In this document: in pieces, positions 13,123 to 23,357 of the stretch
How the letters are laid out: the number at the start of each line of letters is the position of its first letter
How positions within the stretch are numbered: the first letter of the stretch is position 1
Origin: Lingula anatina
Lineage: Eukaryota > Animalia > Brachiopoda
Assembly: GCA_051362555.1 (NCBI GenBank)
Contig: CM120647.1
Span: 19,506,651-19,570,650 of the forward strand
Direction: 5' to 3'
Length of the DNA: 64,000 nucleotides
Program-made: the position numbers and the translations under genes
Notes under the pieces: model-generated
Told to the model about the DNA's origin: nothing
Database searches by the model: none
The model's input: the letters and a program-made list of their open reading frames with translations, nothing else

Positions 13123-14118
13123 ATAATCAAGATTTACTTGCACCCAATCATTCAGTGTGGCTTGGTGGGAAAATGCCAGATCAATTTCCTAAATGTAAAT
13201 TAACAAAAAAAAAAAAAAAAAAGGTAACAATAGTTATTTTTATTCATATTGTAATTTGAAATACAGTAGGAAAACACAGAATTTAACATTTTTCAAATTC
13301 ATTTCATTAAGTTATATTTCAATTAAATGATACCTGAGCTAGCATATATACTTACAAAACAGATTTACTCTTAACACTACACCAAATCTAAAATCAAGCC
13401 ACTATAACTTCCAAATACACATGACACAGGTAATTGATTTAATTGGGCCAGCTGAGCTGTGTACAAATGTACATTGTACTGTAGCCTTGACACTAATTGA
13501 CAATAATGCTAACCAGGTATTAAAGAGGTAGATGACAGCAGCTAAAATCCGAAGAGCACCATAACTGATAACAAATTACACCCAAGCCAATGAAGAGAGC
13601 CTTTATAATGTACATGTAAGTCGAAACCTTGCCTAGGTATTTCCACACGTTTTTACAACACACTCTCCACCCAAACTTTTTGGGCACTAGTAACATGCAG
13701 TGTACGTGCGCTCCAAACTTATACCCCTCGGTCTTTGGTTTTCTACTTTTTTTCTTTTATGGTAAAGGCTGCACAGCTGGGTCTTCATTCTTTGCTGTAA
13801 AATAAATTAGTTTTATCCTTTACTTGTCCGATGAGTCTTGATTCAAAGCCACTCCTCGGTCTCTCCTCTGTTTACGATTTTCGTCCCTACACCTTGGATT
13901 GTTACCACTGCAGGCAGTCTGTGAACGCTTGTTAAATTAGTTATCTTCTCTCTATCATATACCCTGCAGTAATTCATCATTTTACTCGGTTTAATATCAA
14001 AGAAAACACAGAAATAAAATACTAAATTGTACATGTAGACATGATCATGCGCAGCAGACGATTCCGGTCTCCCTCCAGTATGGCTGCCGTTTGTTTTGAT
14101 GACGAGGGCTACAATGGG
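11512..14118. mobile_element. Non-autonomous piggyBac-like element, copy 1
   Basis: TTAA|CCCATT ... AATGGG|TTAA ends. Subterminal inverted repeat gcagccatactggaggga (11554-11571) / tccctccagtatggctgc (14070-14087). No transposase ORF. Confidence 0.75.
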
Positions 14119-15939
14119 TTAATATTAACCCATTACAGTGACGTCATATTTACTCCGTAACACTAGTCCTGCGGCCATGCTGGAGGGAATGAACGACGGG
14201 GAATAGTAGCGGTAATAGAGGTGAACCAAATAAAATAAAATAAACTTCGTATCGCGATCAAGTACACCAAAGGGAAAAGGATATATACAAGCTGAAGCTT
14301 CAGCTGATCAGCAGGATCGACCAATATGAACTCAAGACAGTCTAAAAACGTGAAATCCTACCAAATGCTACTTATCCAACATCGTGTTGTCACAAGATAG
14401 TTCAGTTATCTTGTACTTCATTTTTCTTGTTCATTGGGTAATGACAGTTATAGTTTGAGAGAGTTTATTGTTAATTGTGTTATCATAAGTTTAACCTTAC
14501 ATAGAAGCAACTTTTTTCATAAAGGATAGATATAAGGAGAAATTTTGAGCTGATCATCAGGATAAACCCTTGAGGACTCAAGGAAGAATGTATGCAGGAT
14601 TGTCTTATGACATGAAATATTGCTGTCAGTTATGGCTTATCTCTACATCGTGAAGCTGTCAGAAATTATTTCAGCATTCTTGTACTTCATTTTGGTTCAT
14701 TAGAAAGTACGTGTAACAAGACTGTTGTTTGAGAGAGTTTAATATTCACCATGAATGCAACCATTCATATAAGCAACATTGTTAGGATTTTATTATTATT
14801 CAGTCATTCACAGAAGCAAGGCATTTTTAACACTTATGTATTTATGATGTCCAATGTAAAATAACAATAATGCAGTTCATGAATTGATCTTCATTTCTGC
14901 AACCATTTGCTTAAACATATAGGAAAAGTACACATTTTGCATGAATAAAAGTGAACATGAAATGCTGAGTTCTGAGTGTCGCTTCAATTAAATAACTCCT
15001 GTCATGCACTGGATTTCACTCTCCTGATGTTCAGATCCTGTCTCCTCAGCTGGTCACAAAGATCTAGGAATATTTTTTGCAGCTTCTACCTTGCGTGTCA
15101 TCTAGCTGCCTTTTGTACCACATTAAAAGCTTCCGTTTTTTATTTATTTATTTATTTATTTATTTATTTTTTTTTTTTAAATAATTTACTTGCACCCAAT
15201 CAGTGTGGCTTGGTGGGAACTGCCTGATCAATTTCCTAAATGTAAATTAATAGAAAAATAACATTGTGATTTTTATTCATATTGTAACTTACAACATTAC
15301 AGTTGAAAGGAGCAGAATTTAACATTTTTACAGAGGAAATTTAAAGTGCAAATTCATTTCATGAGGTTATATGTCAATTACACCTGAGGTAGAATTTACT
15401 TGCAAAATAAAATTAGCCTACTCTTATCACTACACCAAATCGAAAATTAAGCCACTAACTTCCAAATACGCTTCATAGGCCTACAGGTAATTGATTTAAT
15501 TGGCCCAGCTCAGCTGTGTACAGCTAGTACAAATATAGCCTTGACACTAATTGGCAATAATGCTAACCAGGTATTAAAGAGGTAGGTGACAGCCGATAAA
15601 ATCTAGAGAGCACCGTAACTGATAACAAATTACACCCAAGGCAATGGGTGAGTCTTCATTATAAAAGTCGAAACCCTGCCTGGGTATTTCCACACGTTTT
15701 AACAAATTAACACACTCTCCACCCAAACTTATTGGGCACTACTTTCAATGAATATGCAGTGTACTAGTACGTGTGCTCATAACGTACACACCTAGGTCTT
15801 TGGTTTTGTACTGTTTTTTTTCTTTTATGGTAAAACCTGCACAGCTGGCTCTTCATTCTTTGCTATAAAATAGATTAGTTTTATTCCTTTACTTTTCAAA
15901 GCCACCTCGCCGTCTCTCCTCCGTTTATGGTTTTAGTTC

Positions 15940-16411
15940 TGTAAGATTTGCTGTGTTTGTTGTGTTAGCTAGGATTGTGTTCGGTGTGAATCGTGTATGT
16001 TCGTATGTGTACGTGGAGGTCAAGGGTTGAAAGACCGCGCCCCATAAAATTTGATTTCCACCTGAGAGTCGGACGGAGATGCAGGTTGAATAACTGAAAT
16101 AGGTATTCCAGTGAGCTTGCAGGTAAGTTAAACTATATTTAATAAAGGACCAATCCATAGTTTAAATTCACACATTTCTAAATTTATATATTTATTTTTA
16201 TGGTGTTTTTGGCATTGTTATATTTTTATTTCTTTGTTCTGTCTTTCTTGTCTTTCGTCAGTGTAAATTTTGTATATGTAATTGTTTAAAATTAATTTGT
16301 TTATATTAATCTTGCAGATATTTGGAGATATTTGGAGATATTTGGAGATATTTGCAGATATTTGTACAATAACAATAAAGAAACATCAACCCGAGCTATC
16401 GGTCTGTTACA
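15940..16411 (+). repeat. 5' LTR
   Basis: tgtaagatttg...ggtctgttaca. No difference from the 3' LTR found by eye. Contains (agatatttgg)n decamers and AATAAA near 16373. Confidence 0.97.
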
Positions 16412-16413
16412 TT

Positions 16414-16431
16414 TGGCGCCCGAACAGGGAC
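16414..16431 (+). promoter_or_regulatory. Primer binding site complementary to tRNA-Lys(UUU)
   Basis: TGGCGCCCGAACAGGGAC starts 2 nt after the LTR and is the canonical tRNA-Lys3 PBS. Confidence 0.95.
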
Positions 16432-16490
16432 TTGACTACAAATCGATATCTGCAAGAGTCACGGCCTGTTAAGAGAGATATTTTCGTCCG

Positions 16491-16679
16491 TCCTCCAAGG
16501 GTCCCCACTGCCCCGTATAATACGGTCCAGAGAAGAGGGATACTGTCTTTATCTCCGCCAAGGATCCCCGCTGCCCCGTATAACACGGTCCAGAGAAGAG
16601 GGATACTTTCTTTCTCTCCGCCAAGGATGCCCGCTGCCCCGTAGAACACGGTCCAGTGAAGAGGGATTGTTTTTCTTGC
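16491..16679 (+). repeat. Three 63-bp tandem repeats in the Gypsy leader
   Basis: Units tcc(t/g)ccaagg...gccccgta.aa.acggtccag.gaagagggat start at 16491, 16554 and 16617. Confidence 0.92.
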
Positions 16680-17677
16680 TGTCCGGTAAAACACCGATCA
16701 GTATATTCAGATGATGTGGTGATGGCCATGGACGAGTTGTCGTCGATCTAATGCTGTGCGTTTGTGACTGTGCCCGATTCGCATAGGTCTACGTGGACAG
16801 CTACGAGTTGACAGTAGAGGATTTGGTTGCTTGGTTTGGCGTAATTGTCGAACTTTACATTGACTGGAGTGTACATATTTTGCCTAGGCTGTATATATTT
16901 CATTTGACTGTGGACTTAAATATTTTTTTTGCCAATATTCAGACATTGATATTGAACTTTTCTGATTGCACTGTTGCATAAAATTGGACTACTATTCACA
17001 ATGACTATTGGATTTGTTCATATAAAGACTTTTGATTAACTAATTTAATACCTGTACATATTTTTTTCATCAGTAATTTGTATATTTGAGGCTAGGTATA
17101 ATACAAACAGAACGTTGGTAGAATTTTTATTTTCATCTAACACGTTGGTTTGTTGATTACCAGGCTTAGTAGGAGTTCTTTAAAGTAATGAATACCAAAT
17201 AATTTATTTATTTTTTCTTATCAATTTGATTCTTTACAGTAGTTTGACTAATTTTCTTATTTTTTTTTTCAGACAGTTCTAAAAACACCAATTTTAGATC
17301 ATAGTTGGCGATATCTCAGACTATTGGATTGGTTCTAATTAGTGAACTAGGTCTATATAAAGACACGGAGTCTTAAGGTCCTATATATCCAGCAGATTCT
17401 CTCAGGTAAGTGATATTTATTTAGGGATTTTTTCTTGCCTGGGGGAAAGGGGGCCTACATTTCTCCCGATGTGTGAGTTTTGAATGTGTCTTCAACTGAT
17501 TATGAATATGTTGTGGTGATATTGATATTATGGTGTGAAATCATGACTGTGCATTGATGCTATTGATATTTACTTAACAATGAATAAATAAACATTTTTT
17601 ACTATTGTGTTGTTATTATTCATGAATGAATGTGATGTATATATATTAGCTGGCATCAGGCATAAACGTTTTTGAGA

Positions 17678-19060
17678 ATGGCCTACCCATCGTCTTTATT
17701 AAGGTCAAGAAGCATTGTCATTACTGGACTGCCTGATCAAATTACAGATTCTGAATTGAAAGAGTTTTTAAAATTCCATCTGGTATCAGAGTTTACAATT
17801 GAATACATCCATAGACCTGACACAATATTGGGTGCAATATTTGTAGTATTTGAAGATGCCGCTTTAGCGACAGAAGCCATTGATATTCTTGATAAAAGAA
17901 AATATGATGGTCAAACAGTTGACGTGAAGAAAATAAACAAAAGTATGGAAAGGGATATACTGGATGCACTAGAAACTAAAGAATCAAAACTGTCCGAAGT
18001 GATAGGTATGATAAAGTCGTTACCAGCTGATGATATTGTGAAAGTTTACGAGGAAGTAAAAAGTTTGTTGCCCAAATCATCAAAACCAAAGTTTCCAGCA
18101 AACAGTACCCCAAAAAGGACCCCAATTTTTAGAATACAAAAAGGCAGCACCCCAAGAAGGTTACTACCAAAGATTCCTACTTTTTCAACATCAGGGTCAG
18201 AACTCGTTTCATATACGCATCCGCCCCGTCTACCTCTTTTTTCCGGGGATTCCAAGGATGCTAGCTTTAAGCAGTGGTTGTTTGAAGTCAAAGCTCTTCG
18301 ACGCGATGGTATTTATTCCGATGCCGTTTTATTACATGCGATCAGAAGGTCACTCAAAAGTCCTGCGTCTGATGTTTTATATCACCTTGGTGATGTAAAG
18401 GAAATTGACCGAGTTTTGGAGAAATTTGAACAGGTGTTTGGTGATGTGTTGTCTTCAGGGGCAATATTACAGCAATTTCATTCTTCTAAACAGCATGATT
18501 CTGAGAGTATTGCAGCATGGGCCTGTAGACTGGAAAGTTTAGTTGCGCAATTACTCTCCATCAATCCACCGGCAGTAACAGACACTGGTGCAAAGTCCAT
18601 GTTGCGTTTGAAATTTTATTCTGGGCTTCATTCTAACACTACCAGGCATCTATTAAAAAATACATTTGATGGTGGTGCCACATTCGAAGAATTACTGGTG
18701 GAAGGAAGAACAATAGAAATGGAGGAAAAAGAAAGATTTCATCTCGATGCAGCTGTATCTGACATGCAGTCTGGTGGCTTAATGAAAGCAATCGATTCTT
18801 TAAGTCGTAGGTTAAGTGGGTTGGAAACCAGTATAGGACGGCGTAATCGAGAGTTCACAGCCAGTAGGAATGGTACTGGTACTGCTCGAGGGGCCACTGG
18901 TAATGATTCCGGTCGGAGGTCTTTTTCTGGCGAGTGTTGGAAGTGTGGAATGATTGGTCATAGGCAGTCGGAGTGTCCAACTTTAAACTTGAACCAGTCT
19001 GTGAGAGGGGGCACTCAGCAGACGCTCAACCCAAACGCCCCAAACTACAATCATCAGTAG
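17678..19060 (+). CDS. gag: Gag: RRM-like N-terminus, PNMA-type capsid, CCHC zinc knuckle
   Basis: Open ORF with first ATG at 17678. Motifs SIVITGLP...IFVVFED, RLPLFSG..SFKQWL..AIRRSL and CWKCGMIGHRQSEC. Confidence 0.93.
   Translation: MAYPSSLLRSRSIVITGLPDQITDSELKEFLKFHLVSEFTIEYIHRPDTILGAIFVVFEDAALATEAIDILDKRKYDGQTVDVKKINKSMERDILDALETKESKLSEVIGMIKSLPADDIVKVYEEVKSLLPKSSKPKFPANSTPKRTPIFRIQKGSTPRRLLPKIPTFSTSGSELVSYTHPPRLPLFSGDSKDASFKQWLFEVKALRRDGIYSDAVLLHAIRRSLKSPASDVLYHLGDVKEIDRVLEKFEQVFGDVLSSGAILQQFHSSKQHDSESIAAWACRLESLVAQLLSINPPAVTDTGAKSMLRLKFYSGLHSNTTRHLLKNTFDGGATFEELLVEGRTIEMEEKERFHLDAAVSDMQSGGLMKAIDSLSRRLSGLETSIGRRNREFTASRNGTGTARGATGNDSGRRSFSGECWKCGMIGHRQSECPTLNLNQSVRGGTQQTLNPNAPNYNHQ
18982..19041 (+). 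promoter_or_regulatory. Putative -1 ribosomal frameshift signal
   Basis: Slippery heptamer T TTA AAC in gag phase (18982-18988), an 8-nt spacer, then a stem gtctg.tgag / ctcagcagac whose loop ggggc is complementary to gcccc at 19037-19041. Confidence 0.8.
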
Positions 19061-22000
19061 TTAAGCGATTGGTTGGTAATTCTAATGAATGTATGACAGT
19101 TTTTCATGGTAGGGAATTAAGGGCGTTAGTGGATACGGGATCAGTGGTGAGTACTATCTCTGCTTCATGTGCAAAATCGTGTGGCTTGGAAATAAACCCC
19201 CTTGAAAGTGTGTTGGGTTTTCAAGTAGCCGGAGGTCATAACCTTTCATATTTGGGCTACGTCGAGGCTTCTCTTACCATTCCCCATGTAGATAGGTTAG
19301 AATCCGATGTGTTTCTATTTTTGGTTGTACCCAATACAGAGTATCATACAAGAACACCCTTGCTCTTGGGAACAAATATTTTATCACTTTTTATTGACAC
19401 ACAGGGTGTTAATGAAAACGACCTGCCCTATGCATTGAAACTTGCGCGTGAGTGTATGGTTAAACAACAAAGGGCACCTGATCATGATGGTGTTGTTGGG
19501 AATGTGAGGATCACAAAACCCATCACAGTTCGACAAGGTGAAAAAATGTTGATAAATGGCACATCTAACATTTCTACAAATCAACAAATGTTAGTGTTGG
19601 CAGAAGAAAATCTCCATTCCTTTTTACCTGGAGGGTTGTTGCTATCTCCTAGCATTCATATGATACAGCCTTGTTCCTCTCCTTATGACATCTCTGTGGA
19701 AATTTCAAATTTCTCTTGCCATAGCATTACCATTCCTGGTGGTTCGACAATTTGCAACTTATCTCAAGTTTCCATTGTACCTCCTGAATCAACCAGTGGA
19801 AATGTGGATAATCCTGATGATTTTACAAGTCAGTTTGATGATATGCTGCAGGAAAATTTAGGTATAGCACAGGTTTCTGAAGTGAAACATCTGTTGTCTA
19901 GGTATAAAACCTCCTTTGCTATTCATGACTTGGATTTAGGAAAGTGTACTACTGTCAAGCATAAAATCAATTTAGTTGATGAGATACCTTTCAAGTCCAA
20001 ACACTGCCACATCCCTCCATCAATGTTTTCTGAGGTGAGAAATCATCTGAATGAAATGCTTCGACTTGGTGTCATTCGCAAGTCATCTAGTCCATATTCA
20101 TCAGGTGTCGTTCTTGTACGAAAGAAAGATGGTTCTCTGCGCTTCTGCATTGATCTCAGGAAACTCAATGCTAAAACCATCAAAGATGCATATGCTTTAC
20201 CCCGCATTGATGAAACCTTGGATATTCTTCATGGTTCTTCGTGGTACAGTTGCCTTGATTTAAAATCTGCATATTGGCAGGTAGAAATAGAAGAATCTGA
20301 CATTCCAAAAACGGCTTTTTCCGTTGGACCGTTGGGTTTTTATGAATGTGTTAGGATGCCATATGGGTGTACCAATGCACCAGCGACTTTTCAGCGTCTT
20401 CTAGAGTCGTGCATGGGTGATTTGAATCTAGAGCATTGTCTCATTTATCTTGACGACATTATTGTATTTAGCAAAACATACGAAGAGCACATAGTTAAAT
20501 TGGAAAATGTTTTGTCAAGATTGCGTGATCATGGTCTCAAGTTGAAACCCAGCAAGTGCAAGCTTTTCCAGCGCAAGATCAGTTATCTTGGCCATGTTGT
20601 GTCCTCCAAAGGTATTGAGACAGATCCCAAGAAACTTGAGTCTGTAAAGAATTGGCCAGTGCCAAAATCTGTACAAGATGTCATGTCCTTTATAGGTTTT
20701 GTTGGGTACTATAGGCGTTTTATCAAGGGATTTAGTGAAATTGCCAAACCTTTACATGACCTCACAAAAGGTAAAGTGAGTAAAACATCTAGAAAGAGTA
20801 GAAAGTCAACTGAAACATTCGTGTGGCAAGCAAAGCATGAAGAAGCTTTTCAGGAATTGAAAAATGCTTGTATACATAGTCCTATTTTAGCATTTGCAGA
20901 TTTTACCCAACCTTTTGAACTAAGGACGGATGCTAGTGGAAGTGGACTTGGAGCTGTTCTCTATCAAAAACAGAATGGGTTGGACCGAGTTATAGCGTAT
21001 GCTAGTAGAGGGTTACGTCAGTCAGAGAAAAATTACCCAGTTCATAAACTCGAGTTTTTGGCTCTGAAATGGGCGGTGACCGAAAAATTTTCTGACTATC
21101 TTTATGGGAATAGTTTTACTGTGAAGACCGACAACAATCCCCTGACATACGTGTTGTCATCAGCAAAATTGGATGTTACAACTCACAGATGGGTTGCCGA
21201 TCTTGCCAATTACAATTTTGATATAGTGTATGTAGCCGGCAAAAGTAATGTAGAAGCCGATGCGCTTTCCCGTGTTCGTTGGCCAGAGACGATATCTGAA
21301 AATACTTGTCAGGCTATTTGGCAAAGTGCTCAATCCGGGGAACCGCTGATTAGTTGTCTGCCATGTTCGGAAGAAGTGATACCCAACGAGATTTTGTCCT
21401 CAGCAGTGAATCAGAAGAAAGACTGGAAAAGATTGCAAGAAGATGATCCAGAACTAAAGAAGGTGAGAGATGTATTGAAAGGTCGAGTCGAAAGCATTAA
21501 AGGGAACAGTTTTGAAAGTAAAAGGTTTCGAAAAGAGATGAGTAGCTTGATCTTATCTAATGATGTTCTGTTTCGCACAAAACAAAAGAATGATGGGTCA
21601 GTTTTGAAACAGTTAGTGTTGCCAAAAGCATACCGAAAAGATGCGTTGTACGGATGCCATGATGAGATCGGACATTTAGGCAGAGAGAGAGCTATTGATT
21701 TACTCAATCAACGATTTTATTGGCCAGGTATGAGTAAACAAATGGGTGAATACATAAGTAAATGCGCTAGGTGCATTAAACGCAAAACGCTGCCTGTTGC
21801 TCGAGCAGAATTGTGCCCCATATCCTCATCTGCACCCTTAGAGCTCGTGTGCATGGACTATTTAACTATTGAAGACGGTAAAGGTGGTGTCGGCAATATT
21901 TTGGTAATTACAGACCATTTTACTAGATACGCGCAGGCCTATCCTACCGCAAACCAAACGGCGAAAACAACCGCCAAAGTATTTTTTGAAAATTTTGTTG

Positions 22001-22788
22001 TACATTATGGATTTCCCAACCGTATACATACTGACCAAGGACGCAATTTTGAAGGAAAGGTTATAGCGGATTTGTGTTCCATAGCAGGTGTAAAGAAATC
22101 GAGAACAACGCCATATCACGCTATGGGAAACGGACAATGTGAACGCATGAATAGGACCCTACTTAATATGTTAGGCACATTGTCGCTAAACCAAAAGTCA
22201 AATTGGAAAAAACACATTGCTTCTCTAGTTCATGCATACAACTGTACGCGTAACAGTTCTACATCATTTTCACCGTACTACCTCATGTTTGGTAGACACC
22301 CCAAGTTACCCGTTGATGTATCATTGGATGTTTCCTCAGAGACAACCTCTAAATCTCAGTCTGAGTACGTACGCGAATTAAAAAACCGACTGCGAGAAGC
22401 TTTTAATATGGCAAAAGTTCAAATAGAGAGGGCGCAATCTAGACAAAAGCAAAACTTTGACAGAAAAACAGGGGCGGGTGTGTTGTCAATAGGTGACCGT
22501 GTTTTAATTCGGAATGTCGCATTCGATGGTAAACACAAGATTGCTGATAGATGGCAGAGTGAAGTGTTTGTGGTAGTAGATCAGCCGAATGATGGTATTC
22601 CAGTGTATGTAGTGAAAAGAGAAGATGGTGCGGGAAAGTCAAAGACACTACATCGAAACATGTTACTTCCAATCTATGAAATGAAACAGGAATATGAAGA
22701 AAAACAGATTGAAGAACTTGCAGAAGTACGACCCACAAGAAGTAGGAACAGGCCCGAATGGATGAATAACAAAGATTGGATATTGTAA
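18982..22788 (+). CDS. pol: Pol polyprotein (protease, reverse transcriptase, RNase H, integrase)
   Basis: Uninterrupted ORF in the -1 frame relative to gag. Motifs ALVDTGS, YLDD, TDAS, integrase HHCC and D-D-E (CMDY..HTDQG..CERMN), and SPYYLMFGR. Confidence 0.97.
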   Translation, partial: FKLEPVCERGHSADAQPKRPKLQSSVVKRLVGNSNECMTVFHGRELRALVDTGSVVSTISASCAKSCGLEINPLESVLGFQVAGGHNLSYLGYVEASLTIPHVDRLESDVFLFLVVPNTEYHTRTPLLLGTNILSLFIDTQGVNENDLPYALKLARECMVKQQRAPDHDGVVGNVRITKPITVRQGEKMLINGTSNISTNQQMLVLAEENLHSFLPGGLLLSPSIHMIQPCSSPYDISVEISNFSCHSITIPGGSTICNLSQVSIVPPESTSGNVDNPDDFTSQFDDMLQENLGIAQVSEVKHLLSRYKTSFAIHDLDLGKCTTVKHKINLVDEIPFKSKHCHIPPSMFSEVRNHLNEMLRLGVIRKSSSPYSSGVVLVRKKDGSLRFCIDLRKLNAKTIKDAYALPRIDETLDILHGSSWYSCLDLKSAYWQVEIEESDIPKTAFSVGPLGFYECVRMPYGCTNAPATFQRLLESCMGDLNLEHCLIYLDDIIVFSKTYEEHIVKLENVLSRLRDHGLKLKPSKCKLFQRKISYLGHVVSSKGIETDPKKLESVKNWPVPKSVQDVMSFIGFVGYYRRFIKGFSEIAKPLHDLTKGKVSKTSRKSRKSTETFVWQAKHEEAFQELKNACIHSPILAFADFTQPFELRTDASGSGLGAVLYQKQNGLDRVIAYASRGLRQSEKNYPVHKLEFLALKWAVTEKFSDYLYGNSFTVKTDNNPLTYVLSSAKLDVTTHRWVADLANYNFDIVYVAGKSNVEADALSRVRWPETISENTCQAIWQSAQSGEPLISCLPCSEEVIPNEILSSAVNQKKDWKRLQEDDPELKKVRDVLKGRVESIKGNSFESKRFRKEMSSLILSNDVLFRTKQKNDGSVLKQLVLPKAYRKDALYGCHDEIGHLGRERAIDLLNQRFYWPGMSKQMGEYISKCARCIKRKTLPVARAELCPISSSAPLELVCMDYLTIEDGKGGVGNILVITDHFTRYAQAYPTANQTAKTTAKVFFENFVVHYGFPNRIHTDQGRNFEGKVIADLCSIAGVKKSRTTPYHAMGNGQCERMNRTLLNMLGTLSLNQKSNWKKHIASLVHAYNCTRNSSTSFSPYYLMFGRHPKLPVDVSLDVSSETTSKSQSEYVRELKNRLREAFNMAKVQIERAQSRQKQNFDRKTGAGVLSIGDRVLIRNVAFDGKHKIADRWQSEVFVVVDQPNDGIPVYVVKREDGAGKSKTLHRNMLLPIYEMKQEYEEKQIEELAEVRPTRSRNRPEWMNNKDWIL

Positions 22789-22870
22789 ATAAAATTATAT
22801 GGCATAATAAATATAAATCAAAGATTGATGTTGTTGTTGTTGTTTTTTTTAATGGTGTGGAACCCATTTC

Positions 22871-22885
22871 GGGGGGAGGGGAGAA
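22871..22885 (+). promoter_or_regulatory. Polypurine tract
   Basis: ggggggaggggagaa directly abuts the 3' LTR. Confidence 0.93.
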
Positions 22886-23357
22886 TGTAAGATTTGCTGT
22901 GTTTGTTGTGTTAGCTAGGATTGTGTTCGGTGTGAATCGTGTATGTTCGTATGTGTACGTGGAGGTCAAGGGTTGAAAGACCGCGCCCCATAAAATTTGA
23001 TTTCCACCTGAGAGTCGGACGGAGATGCAGGTTGAATAACTGAAATAGGTATTCCAGTGAGCTTGCAGGTAAGTTAAACTATATTTAATAAAGGACCAAT
23101 CCATAGTTTAAATTCACACATTTCTAAATTTATATATTTATTTTTATGGTGTTTTTGGCATTGTTATATTTTTATTTCTTTGTTCTGTCTTTCTTGTCTT
23201 TCGTCAGTGTAAATTTTGTATATGTAATTGTTTAAAATTAATTTGTTTATATTAATCTTGCAGATATTTGGAGATATTTGGAGATATTTGGAGATATTTG
23301 CAGATATTTGTACAATAACAATAAAGAAACATCAACCCGAGCTATCGGTCTGTTACA
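22886..23357 (+). repeat. 3' LTR
   Basis: Direct repeat of 15940-16411 with the same length. Confidence 0.97.

Larger units (their letters stand above)
15940..23357 (+). mobile_element. Full-length Ty3/Gypsy LTR retrotransposon
   Basis: Two 472-bp TG...CA LTRs, 4-bp TSD gttc (15936-15939 and 23358-23361), PBS, PPT, and open gag and pol with PR-RT-RH-IN order. Confidence 0.98.

Noticed and set aside
13630-13740. Minus-strand CPKSLGGECVVKTC resembling a Wnt motif
   Set aside because: It is short, flanked by stops, has no further Wnt pattern and is not kept in frame in copy 2.
15925-16729. ORFs in the LTR and leader, including 21-aa repeats; also 22439-23104
   Set aside because: They are by-products of the 63-bp repeat and LTR duplication, with no recognisable domain. 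There is no room for an env gene after pol.
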